Origin: Candidatus Woesearchaeota archaeon
GTDB lineage: Archaea > Nanobdellota > Nanobdellia > SCGC-AAA011-G17 > JACPIM01
Length of the DNA: 64,000 nucleotides
Reading direction: 5' to 3'
NCBI GenBank assembly: GCA_964513145.1
Contig: CAZELK010000001.1
Span: forward strand, 1 to 64,000
Below the pieces are notes generated by a model. The model was not told the DNA's origin. It saw only the letters and a list, made by a program, of their open reading frames with translations, and made no database searches. The first letter of the stretch is position 1. Each line of letters opens with the position of its first letter. The position numbers and the translations under genes are program-made. This document shows positions 40,178-50,530 of this stretch, one piece after another.

Positions 40178-41237
40178 AAAAGATTATTATGATATATTAG
40201 GGATTAAAAAGGATGCAAGCCAAGAAGAGATTAAAAAAGCATTCAGGCAATTAGCTAAAAAATGGCACCCGGATGTTCATTCTGACAAAAAACAAGCTGA
40301 AGAGAAATTTAAAGAAATTAACGAGGCTTTTCAAGTTTTAAATGACAAACAGAAAAGGGCACAATATGATCAATTTGGTCATGCTGATTTTAATGGACAA
40401 AATTATGGACAAGGTTTTGATTTCAATGATATTTTTAAAGGATTTGATGATTTTTTTGGCGGATTTTCAGGTTTTGGGAACAGAAAAAGAGAGCAAGAAA
40501 AAGAGTACAGATATGATGTAGAAATTTCTTTAGAAGATGCTTTTAATGGTGTTATGAAAATTGTTGAAGTACCTATATTCAGTAAATGCACACCCTGTAA
40601 TGGAACTGGTGCAGAACCTGGCTTTTTAAAAGAATGTGCTGAATGTGATGGAACTGGGAAATCAAGGAAAGTAAGAAGAACTCCTTTTGGACAAATAGTG
40701 AGTGTCAGCACATGCCATACTTGTAGCGGTACTGGAAAAATAATTTCTAAACCTTGTGAGAAATGCAAGGGAGAAGGAAAAATTAAAAGAAACAAGAAAG
40801 TTGAAGTTCAAATTCCAAGGGGTGTTGATAATGAACAATATTTAAGCATAAATCTTGAAGATAATTCTATATTATATGTTGTTATAAGCATAAAAAAGCA
40901 CGAAATATTTGACAGAGATGAAAGCAATTTATTTTGCAAGACAACTATAGATTTACTAACTGCTATTTTGGGCGGAGAAATTGAAGTACCTACTATTATA
41001 GGGAAAGGCAAATTAAAAATTCCTTCTGGAACACAAAGTCATACTATTTTTAGACTTAAAGGACAGGGCATGCCGAATGTCAATACAAATAAAAGAGGCG
41101 ACCAATTAGTCAAGATTGTAGTTGATATACCTGAGAAATTAAATAAAAAACAAGAAAACTTACTTAAAGAGATATTTGCTGAAACAAAAACAGAAACTAA
41201 AAAAGGATTTTTTGAAAAATTAAAGGAATTTGTATAA
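40170..41237 (+). CDS. dnaJ: DnaJ
   Basis: HPD motif, four CxxCxGxG repeats. Confidence 0.97.
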   Translation: MAKKDYYDILGIKKDASQEEIKKAFRQLAKKWHPDVHSDKKQAEEKFKEINEAFQVLNDKQKRAQYDQFGHADFNGQNYGQGFDFNDIFKGFDDFFGGFSGFGNRKREQEKEYRYDVEISLEDAFNGVMKIVEVPIFSKCTPCNGTGAEPGFLKECAECDGTGKSRKVRRTPFGQIVSVSTCHTCSGTGKIISKPCEKCKGEGKIKRNKKVEVQIPRGVDNEQYLSINLEDNSILYVVISIKKHEIFDRDESNLFCKTTIDLLTAILGGEIEVPTIIGKGKLKIPSGTQSHTIFRLKGQGMPNVNTNKRGDQLVKIVVDIPEKLNKKQENLLKEIFAETKTETKKGFFEKLKEFV

Positions 41238-41368
41238 CTTTTTAGGCAGGATAAGAATTATGAATTCGTTATTTTTTAATAATAATTTCTATAATACTAC
41301 AATAATTTTCATTGCCGAAAGTTATAAATAGTCTTATAATAATAAAAATTCATAGTTATTTACTTAAA

Positions 41369-41653
41369 ATGATAGAGTTAGGGGGGAATATAAAATTAAT
41401 TGGATTTAATGATTTAGATCCAGCTTCTTTGATTGTTATTAAAAAAATTACTGGAAATTATGCTAGAAAGATTTCTGAGAAAGTAAACTCTAACTTGGAT
41501 GAATTAAGCTTAGAGTTGAAAAATGAAGCCCAGAAAAATATTAATTCTTCATTAAAGATCAAGGACAAAACATTTAATGCTGAAGTTAATGATATTAATT
41601 TATTCTATGCTCTGGACAAAGTTTTGGCTAAGCTATTAAATGAAGCCCAATAA
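41369..41653 (+). CDS. Conserved hypothetical protein
   Basis: MIELGGNIKL start. Confidence 0.6.
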   Translation: MIELGGNIKLIGFNDLDPASLIVIKKITGNYARKISEKVNSNLDELSLELKNEAQKNINSSLKIKDKTFNAEVNDINLFYALDKVLAKLLNEAQ

Positions 41654-41783
41654 ATTTTCTTAAAAAGAAAATGTTTCAAGTCTATAACTTAAATATAAGC
41701 CAAATAAGATTGAATCAAACCTTGAAAAAATGATATGAAACTTTAATCATAACATTTTTATATAACCACATCATAGTAGATCC

Positions 41784-41951
41784 ATGGCTGAAGACAATAA
41801 AATTTATGTACCTGCTTCGAGCGGGGGAGTTGTAACTTATTATAATGATTTTAAGAGCAAGATAAATTTTGATCCAAATTATGTTATAGTTGCTATTGTA
41901 GCTGTTTTAGTTGTTGAATTTATATTATTTAAATTTTTTAGCATAAAATGA
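41784..41951 (+). CDS. secG: Preprotein translocase Sec61beta/SecG (not in track)
   Basis: PASSGGVVTYY...KSKINFDPNYV followed by a TM helix. ATGA overlap with nac. Confidence 0.85.
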   Translation: MAEDNKIYVPASSGGVVTYYNDFKSKINFDPNYVIVAIVAVLVVEFILFKFFSIK

Positions 41952-42277
41952 TACCTAAAATAAACCCCAGGGAAATGGAGAAAATGATGAAAAAGATGGG
42001 GTTAAAACAGGAAGAGATTGATGCTGAGGAAGTAATTATTTCCTGCAAACATAAAAAAATTATTATCAAAAACCCACAAGTTACAAAGGTTAATATGATG
42101 GGGCAAGAAACAATACAAATTCTAGGAGACATAGAGGAAGAGGAAATTACTGGTTTTAAAGATGAGGATATTCACATTGTCATGGAACAGACTGGCTGCA
42201 CTATGGAAGAGGCAAGAACTGCTTTAGAAAGTAAAAATGATATTGCTGGAGCAATATTATATCTTAAAGATAAGTAA
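41948..42277 (+). CDS. nac: Nascent polypeptide-associated complex
   Basis: NPREMEKMMKKMG, C-terminal UBA-like DIAGAI. Confidence 0.92.
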   Translation: MIPKINPREMEKMMKKMGLKQEEIDAEEVIISCKHKKIIIKNPQVTKVNMMGQETIQILGDIEEEEITGFKDEDIHIVMEQTGCTMEEARTALESKNDIAGAILYLKDK

Positions 42278-42285
42278 TTATTTTT

Positions 42286-42747
42286 ATGGATTTATTTTTA
42301 GAACAGATAGAAGAAGCAAAAAAGGCTCTTAGGATAGCTGACCATCTTGCTTATGTTACGTTCCCTTTAATTGGAGATGAAAAAATAACAAACATGATTA
42401 CGAACAATTTACAAATTTCAGCAATTAAATCTTTAGAGGCTTTGCTTAATTACGAGAAATATTACAAAAGAATTTCCAACATACCTGAAACTTTTGATGA
42501 TAAATTTGATATTTTTAAGATGGAAGTTTCTAAAAGGTACAATATAGGTAGTGAGATTATATTTACAATAAAAGAAATTAATGATATAAGCAGCAAAAAA
42601 GATCTTAATTTGAATTTTGATTTTTTCCAAGACAATTATAAATTTAAAAAATTAGGATTAAAGAAAATAAAAGAATATATAAATATTGTAAAATTATTAG
42701 TAAACAAAATAGATTTTATTATAGGAAAGAATGCTCGAAGACTTTGA
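42286..42747 (+). CDS. Conserved hypothetical helical protein
   Basis: ADHLAYVTFPL, similar to the next gene. Confidence 0.65.
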   Translation: MDLFLEQIEEAKKALRIADHLAYVTFPLIGDEKITNMITNNLQISAIKSLEALLNYEKYYKRISNIPETFDDKFDIFKMEVSKRYNIGSEIIFTIKEINDISSKKDLNLNFDFFQDNYKFKKLGLKKIKEYINIVKLLVNKIDFIIGKNARRL

Positions 42748-43165
42748 AGAAAATTCAGAAGAGGAGCTTAAGAGAGCTGATCATTTGATCTATGTTACTC
42801 TAAAATATACAAAAACAGTTGATGTTATAAGAAGTGTAATTCATAGATTAATTAATTCCATGGACTATAGTGTCTTAGAAGTTTTGGAATATTTAAGGGT
42901 AAAAAATATTTCTGATGTTCCAAGAATGAGGATGGAACAATTATTAGAAAAACTTTCCAAGGTGAAAGAATATGCTGATTTTTATTTTATGCTAAGAAGA
43001 ATATATAATGTGAAATTTGACAAAAAGGAAGAGTATAGAAAAAATGTTACTTTGCTAACAGAAGAAGGCGATGTTAATATAGACACTTTAAAGGAATATT
43101 ATACAAAAGCCAAGAGATTTGTAAGAACAATGGAAGAATTTTGCAAAGGCAAAAAAATTTTTTAA
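42731..43165 (+). CDS. Conserved hypothetical helical protein
   Basis: ADHLIYVTLKY. Confidence 0.65.
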   Translation: MLEDFEENSEEELKRADHLIYVTLKYTKTVDVIRSVIHRLINSMDYSVLEVLEYLRVKNISDVPRMRMEQLLEKLSKVKEYADFYFMLRRIYNVKFDKKEEYRKNVTLLTEEGDVNIDTLKEYYTKAKRFVRTMEEFCKGKKIF

Positions 43166-43881
43166 ATATTTTTAATTTTTATTTCTCCGAATGGTATTTC
43201 CTGCTCCAAGGCTATTTTACCATCTGTTTCCAAGTAGATCAAAGGCAGGAATGTATATAGCTTGTCTTCTTTTTTTGTACTTGGAAGCAATTTTGAAAAT
43301 GTTACTTCCTCGTTTCTTTTAAACATGGAAATTATTTTTCCATAAATATTTTTTATTATTTCAGTTATATTTATAATATTTTTAGGCAATTCTACTGATC
43401 TTATTACTGCGTAATTTCTTTTTTTGATTTCTCTTTTATAATCTATATCAAGGGCTTTTTCCAAGGCAGTCATCAATTCCTTTAAAGTTACTTGCCTTTT
43501 TCTTTCTTGCGGGGTTTTGAGCATTAATTGTGGTATTTTTTCTTCATGATAATTATTTTCTGCTGCAATATTATCCAAAAGCTCAGAAATTTCTGTTTCT
43601 TCAGACTGGGAATATAAAAAACTATCAAAATTAGAAATATGTTCAGTAACAAATCTATGTGATTTAAGTCTAAGCAATAATGCTGATGCTAATAAGACTT
43701 TTCCAGAGATAAAAAAATTATGCTGCTTAAGTTCTTTTATTTTTTCTATATATTTATTTGCCAAAAGGGATATATTGATATGCCAAGGATCTAATTGTTC
43801 TTTTTTGATTAAATCATAGATAATAGTCTGCCAAGTTATTTCACTTTCTTCTGTAAGCATTTTATATATTTTGTCTTCCAT
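43162..43881 (-). CDS. scpA: Segregation/condensation protein A (kleisin)
   Basis: LDPWHINISLLA...SGKVLLASALLLRLKS, C-terminal FLPLIYL..EQEIPFGEI. Confidence 0.85.
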   Translation of the reverse strand: MEDKIYKMLTEESEITWQTIIYDLIKKEQLDPWHINISLLANKYIEKIKELKQHNFFISGKVLLASALLLRLKSHRFVTEHISNFDSFLYSQSEETEISELLDNIAAENNYHEEKIPQLMLKTPQERKRQVTLKELMTALEKALDIDYKREIKKRNYAVIRSVELPKNIINITEIIKNIYGKIISMFKRNEEVTFSKLLPSTKKEDKLYTFLPLIYLETDGKIALEQEIPFGEIKIKNI

Positions 43882-44007
43882 ATTCTCCTATTTTTAGCTC
43901 CTTTTTGTTATTAAAAACTGATTTTCCATTATAAATTGATTTGTCACTATTATTAAATGATTACAACCGAAAGGTTTATATATAAGTATAATTTATGAAA
44001 ATTATCA

Positions 44008-44099
44008 CCTCTTTTTTCCCAGGAAGAAACCTCTTCGGAGATTTCTTCCCAGGGTTTAACGACCATTAGCCAGGCTTATCTAAAATTATCAAAAAGAGA
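44008..44099 (+). ncRNA. Candidate small structured RNA with a cUUCGg hairpin
   Basis: TATA GGTTTATATAT at about 43973-43983, GGAAGAAA-CUC-UUCG-GAG-UUUCUUCC hairpin. Confidence 0.35.
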
Positions 44100-44233
44100 T
44101 ATTGAATTTTCATGGCTTAAAAATTATTTTTTATAATGCAAGAATTAAAATTATGACAAATAGCTTTTGAATATCAATTGAAGAAATTTCGCAATTAAAA
44201 TTTGTAAAATAAAAAAAGAAAAAAGAGTTTTAT

Positions 44234-44338
44234 TTACTCTTCATCATCCCAGTCATCATCTTCATCATCTTCATCAGAATCATCATCGTCTTCCCAATCG
44301 TCATCATCACCCATCATAAACTTTAATTCTTCTACCAT
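44234..44338 (-). CDS. 34-aa extremely acidic peptide (not in track)
   Basis: AGGAGG RBS, MVEELKFMMGDDDDWEDDDDSDEDDEDDDWDDEE. Confidence 0.7.
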   Translation of the reverse strand: MVEELKFMMGDDDDWEDDDDSDEDDEDDDWDDEE

Positions 44339-44446
44339 ACTTTCTCCTCCTCTGCTATATCTAACGAGCCATTTGTTAAACTCACCAGAGATAGTTTATT
44401 TTTTTCCAATTTAGTTAACATTTTTGTGAAGCTTTTCAGCCTAGTA

Positions 44447-45667
44447 CTATTTAAATGTATCGTTTTTTTGTTTCTGAAAAAATGAGATTAATTTATCTAC
44501 ATTGTAAAGCTCTTCTTTACCAGTTCTCATATTTCTTAACTTTATTTTCTTTTCTTTAATTTCTTTTTTGCCTATAAATACAACAAAAGGTATTGAATAT
44601 GAATTGGCATATTCCAGTGCCTTGCTTATTTTATTTGAAATTATGGCTGAGATTTTATTTTTCCTTAATTCTACTGCCAGTTTAACTGCTTCTTTATCTT
44701 TGTCAATAGATATAATCAAGCAATTAGTCATATTCACATTAATTTTTTCCCAGTCAATTAACTTACCAAAACTTATTCCGACAGAAGGTATTTTTCTATT
44801 AATATATTTACCAACTTTATCATCATATCTGCCACCACCAGCTAAGGCAACTTTTATTTCTTGAGACCATATTTCCCAAATGTTTCCAGTATAATAAGAG
44901 AACCCACGCATTAATGTTGGAAAGAATTTTATTTTTAAATTATATAATTTACCTATTTTAATTAATTCTTCAATTTCTTCTGCACCTTCAAATTTATTTT
45001 TTATAAAATAATCCAAATCTTTTTCAAAAAAAGAAAATAATTTTTTTATAGTATCTTCATTAATTAAATTTTTAAGATTATTTTTTACTTCGATAATCTG
45101 TAATTTATCTAATTTATCTATCTCCCTCAAGATTTGTTTATTGTTATTTTTTATTTCGAGTTTGTTTAAAATTGAGTTTAGAAGTTTTCTGTTGTTTATT
45201 CTAATTTCTGCTTTTATTTTTAATTCCTTTAATATTTCATTACCTAAGGCTAAACATTCGGCGTCAGCTTTTACAGAATCATCACCAATAATATCAGCAT
45301 CACACTGGATAAATTCCCTAAATTTACCTGGCTTTAATGCTTCATCCCTGAATACAGAACCAATTTGGTATCTCCTGAATGGGAGTTTGATATTTAAATT
45401 TTCCTTGAAAATTCTTGAAAGCTGAAATGTAAATTCATATCTCAGGCCCAAAGATCTATTTGCCCTATCTTTAAGCCTGAACATATCACTAACTGCTTCA
45501 TCTTCTTCATTATCTCCTTTAAGCAAGTCTTCATATTCTATTGTTGGTGTTTCTACTGGCAGAAAACCAAATAATCTAAATTTCTCTTCTATTGTTTCAA
45601 TAATTTTTCTTCTTTTTAAAGAAGCTAATGGCAAAATATCTCTAAAGCCTTTTACAGTTTCAATCAT
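44447..45667 (-). CDS. hisS: Histidyl-tRNA synthetase
   Basis: KGFRD, LRYEFT, FRDE...REF.QCDADI, GGGRYD. Confidence 0.93.
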   Translation of the reverse strand: MIETVKGFRDILPLASLKRRKIIETIEEKFRLFGFLPVETPTIEYEDLLKGDNEEDEAVSDMFRLKDRANRSLGLRYEFTFQLSRIFKENLNIKLPFRRYQIGSVFRDEALKPGKFREFIQCDADIIGDDSVKADAECLALGNEILKELKIKAEIRINNRKLLNSILNKLEIKNNNKQILREIDKLDKLQIIEVKNNLKNLINEDTIKKLFSFFEKDLDYFIKNKFEGAEEIEELIKIGKLYNLKIKFFPTLMRGFSYYTGNIWEIWSQEIKVALAGGGRYDDKVGKYINRKIPSVGISFGKLIDWEKINVNMTNCLIISIDKDKEAVKLAVELRKNKISAIISNKISKALEYANSYSIPFVVFIGKKEIKEKKIKLRNMRTGKEELYNVDKLISFFQKQKNDTFK

Positions 45668-45726
45668 AATTTTTTAACGAAGAAGTTAATTAAAAAGCTT
45701 ATTCGCAACCTCCTTTTTTAATATAG

Positions 45727-45815
45727 GGCGGTCGGGGAGACTTTCGCAAAATTGAATCGAACTCCCTTTAGCCGGGCCACAGCCAGCTGTAATAAGCCAG
45801 TATACTACGACCGCC
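45727..45815 (-). tRNA. tRNA-His(GUG) with encoded G-1 and a 15-nt intron at position 59/60 (45741-45755)
   Basis: Acceptor GCGGTCG/CGACCGC, anticodon arm GCTGG-CTGTGGC-CCGGC, T arm GGGAG-TTCGAT|intron|T-CTCCC. Confidence 0.92.
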
Positions 45816-46097
45816 ATTTGATAAATATTATAGTAAGAACTAAAAGAAACGCTTTCTTTGTTAATGAAATAAACCAACTCGTGCTATCATTTTAAATTAA
45901 TTAAATTAGAAACACTATTTAAATATTTTGATTATTTTTTAGAGATTTATTAAACTGTTTTGTTTTGGTGTTTAAAGCACTAAAATTCCATTTTACCAAA
46001 ACCTTTATATATAAGCTATGTGTAGATTTATATTTAACTCAAAATATTACATAATAGAAATATTTTAAAGATATATAAAGATTGAGAGGTGGAGTCA

Positions 46098-47948
46098 ATG
46101 AATAATAAGAGGGTAACTTTTTATTTTATTAGTTTAATAATTCTTATGAGTTTATTTGTAATCTTTGTTTGGGCTGGGTCTGGAGAAAGCATGGATATTT
46201 CACAAGGTCTTTACAATATTGTTATTAACAATGTTACATCAGGATCTAATTTGTTAAATAGATTTAATGTAACTACAGGAGAAAATCTAAATTTTACATG
46301 CACTGCACAAAGGTCGAATAACGGATCATTACCTTTAAATGGTTCAGCAGCCATAATTACAAATGTTAGTTTTTACCATAATTTTAATTCAACATATGTT
46401 GGCTTAAATATAACTTCTACTTATGATGTAGTAAACAGTTCTAATAACTCAATTAGTGTACTACAGGTAAATGCTAGTAATACATCTAACTCAGTAAGAT
46501 TCAGAGCAATTAATGGTTCAATGTCTTTTGACAGCAATGGAGTAGCAAGTTTTCCAACAATAGCTTCAGTAAGTGAGGGAAATTATAGTATAGCTTGTGC
46601 AGCAGCAACTAACAACACAGGTACTTTTAATTTTTCAACTAATGTAACTTTAGCTATAGACAGATCAAGACCTAATTTTAGTATTTCAACATTAAATGTA
46701 ACTGATGGAACTAATGTTGTAGATTTAGGTTTACTAAATGCAACAGATGGCGGAGATAAAGCATATTTAAGAAATGATAGTACCTTAATTGTAAGTGTTT
46801 CAGTAACTGAACCTTACCCAGATAGTGCAAGACTTTTTTGGTCTACAAATGTAACTATTCCAGAGGTAAATTTGAGTCCTAATATTAATAATTTATCTAT
46901 GAACAGGAAAGTAAGTCCTTCAGCAAGTCAAAATGTAAGCGTATATAACGGATCACTTAGATATGCTGGAGTTAGTGCTGATATAATAGATAGGGGATTA
47001 TTAGCAGATGGAACAGTTATTAATTTCAAGATGATAGCAAATGACTCTGCTGGCAATATAAGGAATTTTACTAATGGTGGTGCTGGATTTAATATTACTT
47101 TAGATGGAACAGTACCTAGAGTAACATATTCAATTGACAAAACTAGAATTGAAACTTTACAATCAGTAAAAGCAACATGTGAAGCAAATGATACTTCACC
47201 TGTTTCATTTAGGATAACTTTAACTAAACCTAGTGGGGCAACAGTTGTAAAGACACCTTTAGATGGAAAAGCAACTTTTTCAGATAAGGATACTGGAGAA
47301 GCAGGAAAGTATACAATAGTATGCAGAGTAGAAGATAAAGTAAAATATGTAACTGAAGAAACAAAAGAGTTTTCAGCATTTTATGGTGGGGAGGATTCTG
47401 GCACTACTTTAACTGAAGAAGAGGAAGAAAAACCAGTAGCTCAAATTGATTTAAGCAAGAGAACTACTGAGGCTCCTGTAGAAGCTGGAGTTTCTGGAAT
47501 TCAAGGTGAATCTAAAAGCTTTACATTAGATGGAGAAACTCCACATACAATAACTTTCCTGGAAGTTGACGCACAAGAAGTAACTTTAAGGTTTGAATCA
47601 ACACCAGTAGATGTAACTTTGAGAGTAGGAGAGACAAAAGAAGTTGATTTGGATGCAGATGGAAAGAATGATGTTATAGTAACTTTGAGAGGGGTTGCAG
47701 ATGAAACAGTAGATGTTTTAATTAAACCAGTAGTTCAACCTCCAATACAAGAAACTACTCCAACTGAAACGCCAACAACTTCAGAAACTACAGAACAATC
47801 CACTAGCAGGACTGGTGTGGTAGTGTTGGTAATAGTGATTGCAGCTGTCTTAGTAGTAGCTTACTTAGTGCTTAAAAAAGGCAAAAAAGGAAAGAAAGGA
47901 GAAATAAGATTTACTAGCAAGGATTTATCTAGTGAGTTTTCCTTTTAA
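46098..47948 (+). CDS. Membrane-anchored surface glycoprotein
   Basis: Signal peptide, dense N-x-S/T sequons, Ig-like segments, Thr/Pro/Glu linker, C-terminal TM plus KKGKKGKK. Confidence 0.85.
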   Translation: MNNKRVTFYFISLIILMSLFVIFVWAGSGESMDISQGLYNIVINNVTSGSNLLNRFNVTTGENLNFTCTAQRSNNGSLPLNGSAAIITNVSFYHNFNSTYVGLNITSTYDVVNSSNNSISVLQVNASNTSNSVRFRAINGSMSFDSNGVASFPTIASVSEGNYSIACAAATNNTGTFNFSTNVTLAIDRSRPNFSISTLNVTDGTNVVDLGLLNATDGGDKAYLRNDSTLIVSVSVTEPYPDSARLFWSTNVTIPEVNLSPNINNLSMNRKVSPSASQNVSVYNGSLRYAGVSADIIDRGLLADGTVINFKMIANDSAGNIRNFTNGGAGFNITLDGTVPRVTYSIDKTRIETLQSVKATCEANDTSPVSFRITLTKPSGATVVKTPLDGKATFSDKDTGEAGKYTIVCRVEDKVKYVTEETKEFSAFYGGEDSGTTLTEEEEEKPVAQIDLSKRTTEAPVEAGVSGIQGESKSFTLDGETPHTITFLEVDAQEVTLRFESTPVDVTLRVGETKEVDLDADGKNDVIVTLRGVADETVDVLIKPVVQPPIQETTPTETPTTSETTEQSTSRTGVVVLVIVIAAVLVVAYLVLKKGKKGKKGEIRFTSKDLSSEFSF

Positions 47949-48187
47949 TTTTTTATTTTCTTTATATTAAATTTTTTTAGTATCTGTTTGATATTCTGAA
48001 GTTAATTTGACTATAAACATTAAAGACTTTGAATAAAAGGTAATTCAGTAAGATTGCTATACAAGAAAACAAAAACTAATATTTCTTAATTGTACTATTT
48101 CGAGTTACATTGTTTTGAGAGTAAGCTTCAGAAACTGAATAATAAAAAATTCCTAACTTTTATAAATTAGAAATTTTTTATAATCTC

Positions 48188-48739
48188 ATGGATCTAAAAA
48201 CAAAGAAAACTTTAATTGCCGTCTTTATAGCTTTTCTTATGATTACCAGCATAGCTGGTTTTATATTTACTCCTGAGTCTAATACACAAATAAAAAAATA
48301 TAAAGATGTTGATTTTGCGAGAGATGGAGATAGGTGGACAACTGATTTTGGCGGGAAAAGAATATCAATTCTTGCAGACCCAGAAAGTTTACAAGAACAG
48401 AAAATAGTCAGCATTAATAATTTAAATTTTGCTGAAAAAATTTATTTATCAATTAATCCAAAAGAGGATTTGGGAAGAGTGTCTATTGAGCTTAATAGTT
48501 TACTTTCTCTTTTGACACCAAGGGTAGTTAATTCTTGTTATGTAGACATAGATGAGTGCAAGAGTTCACCAATTAAACAATGCAAGGATGCAACAATTTC
48601 AAATAAAGTTATTTTAATTAAACTAGAAAATACTACAAGCATTAATTACCACCAAAACTGCCTTGAAATAAAAGGCAAAGAAGATGAAATAATCAAATTT
48701 TTAGACAGCATGATAGTTTCTGCAATTCAGCCTTTATAG
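48188..48739 (+). CDS. Membrane-anchored hypothetical protein
   Basis: N-terminal TM helix. Confidence 0.7.
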   Translation: MDLKTKKTLIAVFIAFLMITSIAGFIFTPESNTQIKKYKDVDFARDGDRWTTDFGGKRISILADPESLQEQKIVSINNLNFAEKIYLSINPKEDLGRVSIELNSLLSLLTPRVVNSCYVDIDECKSSPIKQCKDATISNKVILIKLENTTSINYHQNCLEIKGKEDEIIKFLDSMIVSAIQPL

Positions 48740-48774
48740 AAAATTTTAAAAATAGATGGAATTGATATTATTTT

Positions 48775-49350
48775 ATGAAGAATCTGAATAAGTTTTTAGT
48801 AGTTTTATTTATTTTAGCAATTGTTAGTTTGCCTATTTATATTTACAAACAAAATTTAAATTCTTTTAAATACAATGGGTATAGTGTTACAAAGACTTAT
48901 GATAATACCTATAATATAGAAATTTATTTTAAAAATGATCTTAGTCCGCATTATATTTCTACTAGATATGATCCTTCTGATTTAGAATATATAAAAATAG
49001 AACCTAATTTAAAGAACAAGCTCTTAAAAGAAGAAATTTATATTACTTTGACCCCAAATTTAACTTCGACAAGTGTTGTGGCTTTAGCTGAAATTTCCAA
49101 GATAACATCAAACCAATTTTTATATAATATTCCAACATTTGGTGCTTTTACATATCCAACAGTGGATAATCCCATTAAAACCTGTGGTGATGTTGATTAT
49201 CAAACTGCAATAGTTTTACTTAAATTAGGGGATGAAACTGCTGTTAATTTGAAAGATCACTGCATTATTGTTCAGGGAATTAATGAAGATGAAATAATAA
49301 AGGCTGGAACAAGATTAACTTTGACTACTTTGGGAATTATGAATGAATAG
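48775..49350 (+). CDS. Membrane-anchored hypothetical protein, paralog-like to the upstream gene
   Basis: N-terminal TM helix and similar C-terminal Cys pattern. Confidence 0.7.
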   Translation: MKNLNKFLVVLFILAIVSLPIYIYKQNLNSFKYNGYSVTKTYDNTYNIEIYFKNDLSPHYISTRYDPSDLEYIKIEPNLKNKLLKEEIYITLTPNLTSTSVVALAEISKITSNQFLYNIPTFGAFTYPTVDNPIKTCGDVDYQTAIVLLKLGDETAVNLKDHCIIVQGINEDEIIKAGTRLTLTTLGIMNE

Positions 49351-49358
49351 CCCAAATT

Positions 49359-49958
49359 CTATAGAATAAATACATGAAATTGTGTTCTTATTAAGTAAAT
49401 AATTGTCCCAGCTATTAGTGGAACAATTAAATTATCATCTATGTCATTTACACCTATTTTAAGACCAGCACCCTCTATAATCATAGCAATTAAACTACCA
49501 AAGAAACTTTCAGTGATATTAACAAAAAATAAACTACCTAAAAAAGCAAATAACATGCCAGCCAATATTCCTTCTACTTTTTTTAAACTATTAAATCTTA
49601 ATTTGGTTTTTCCAAGAAAAGCACCAAAAAGGTATGAAGTAGAATCACCAATAGTCAGGATTATTATTGATGCCAAGGCTATGTCTTTTGTAAACAGCTT
49701 GACAGTAATAAGGCAACCACATAGAAAAAACAGCATGCCTTTAAATGGAAAATTATTCTGATCTTTTTCCCTTTCAAAGTTATTTAACAAGAAATTAATA
49801 ATTGGTATTTTTAATTTTATGCTTAAAAGTGAGACTATGCTGAAAAAGATAATTCCAAAGAAGATGTGTTTTGGTTTTAATATATCTAAGTAATAAGTTA
49901 TTACAATAAACAAACCTACAGAAATGTGCGCTATTTTTCTTTTTACTTCAAGATTCAT
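49359..49958 (-). CDS. Dolichol/phytol kinase-like (CTP_transf_1) membrane protein
   Basis: EVKRKIAH, IGDS...GK, KKVEG, DDNL. Start reassigned to 49958 (ATGA overlap). Confidence 0.8.
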   Translation of the reverse strand: MNLEVKRKIAHISVGLFIVITYYLDILKPKHIFFGIIFFSIVSLLSIKLKIPIINFLLNNFEREKDQNNFPFKGMLFFLCGCLITVKLFTKDIALASIIILTIGDSTSYLFGAFLGKTKLRFNSLKKVEGILAGMLFAFLGSLFFVNITESFFGSLIAMIIEGAGLKIGVNDIDDNLIVPLIAGTIIYLIRTQFHVFIL

Positions 49959-50479
49959 ATTTTTGATATGCTTTTTCCTATAATTAAACCGAAAATTATT
50001 CCGCCAATTATATCTGTAAAATAATGAACATTGAGATACATTCTTGAAAAAGCAATTATAACTGCAATTATTAACCAAGTATATTTTATATATTTTTGTT
50101 CAAAGTTATTCCAAATTAAATATAACAAAGAGAACATGACTGTAGTATGCCCACTTGGGAAAGAGTAACCTAGAGCTTCGATTAAATTTATAACTGGTCT
50201 AGGCCTTTGAATTATTGTTTTTAATATGTAAACACCAACAAGGGAAGATACAAATGCCAACCCCAATTTTATGGCTATTTTCCTTGATTTCTTTATTAAA
50301 GTTAATGCTAAGATTAATGCAGCCAATAAATAATAATTAAAATATTTAGCTATGAATATAAAAAGATTAGTCATTATTGGATTTCTATATCTTGATAAAA
50401 AATTTATTGTAGTATTATCTAGATAAAATGCCATTATCAGGATTATTAAAAATCCCAACACTATCCAGAGGTTTTTCAT
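49955..50479 (-). CDS. PAP2-family phosphatase
   Basis: K...RPRP, SFPSGH, SRMYLNVHYFTD. Confidence 0.9.
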   Translation of the reverse strand: MKNLWIVLGFLIILIMAFYLDNTTINFLSRYRNPIMTNLFIFIAKYFNYYLLAALILALTLIKKSRKIAIKLGLAFVSSLVGVYILKTIIQRPRPVINLIEALGYSFPSGHTTVMFSLLYLIWNNFEQKYIKYTWLIIAVIIAFSRMYLNVHYFTDIIGGIIFGLIIGKSISKI

Positions 50480-50530
50480 TATGAGTATGAATAAAGAAAC
50501 TATTATAAATTTATTCAGTTATTTTTCATT

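Noticed and set aside
45686-45877. 63-aa ORF from the track
   Set aside because: Shadow ORF over tRNA-His.
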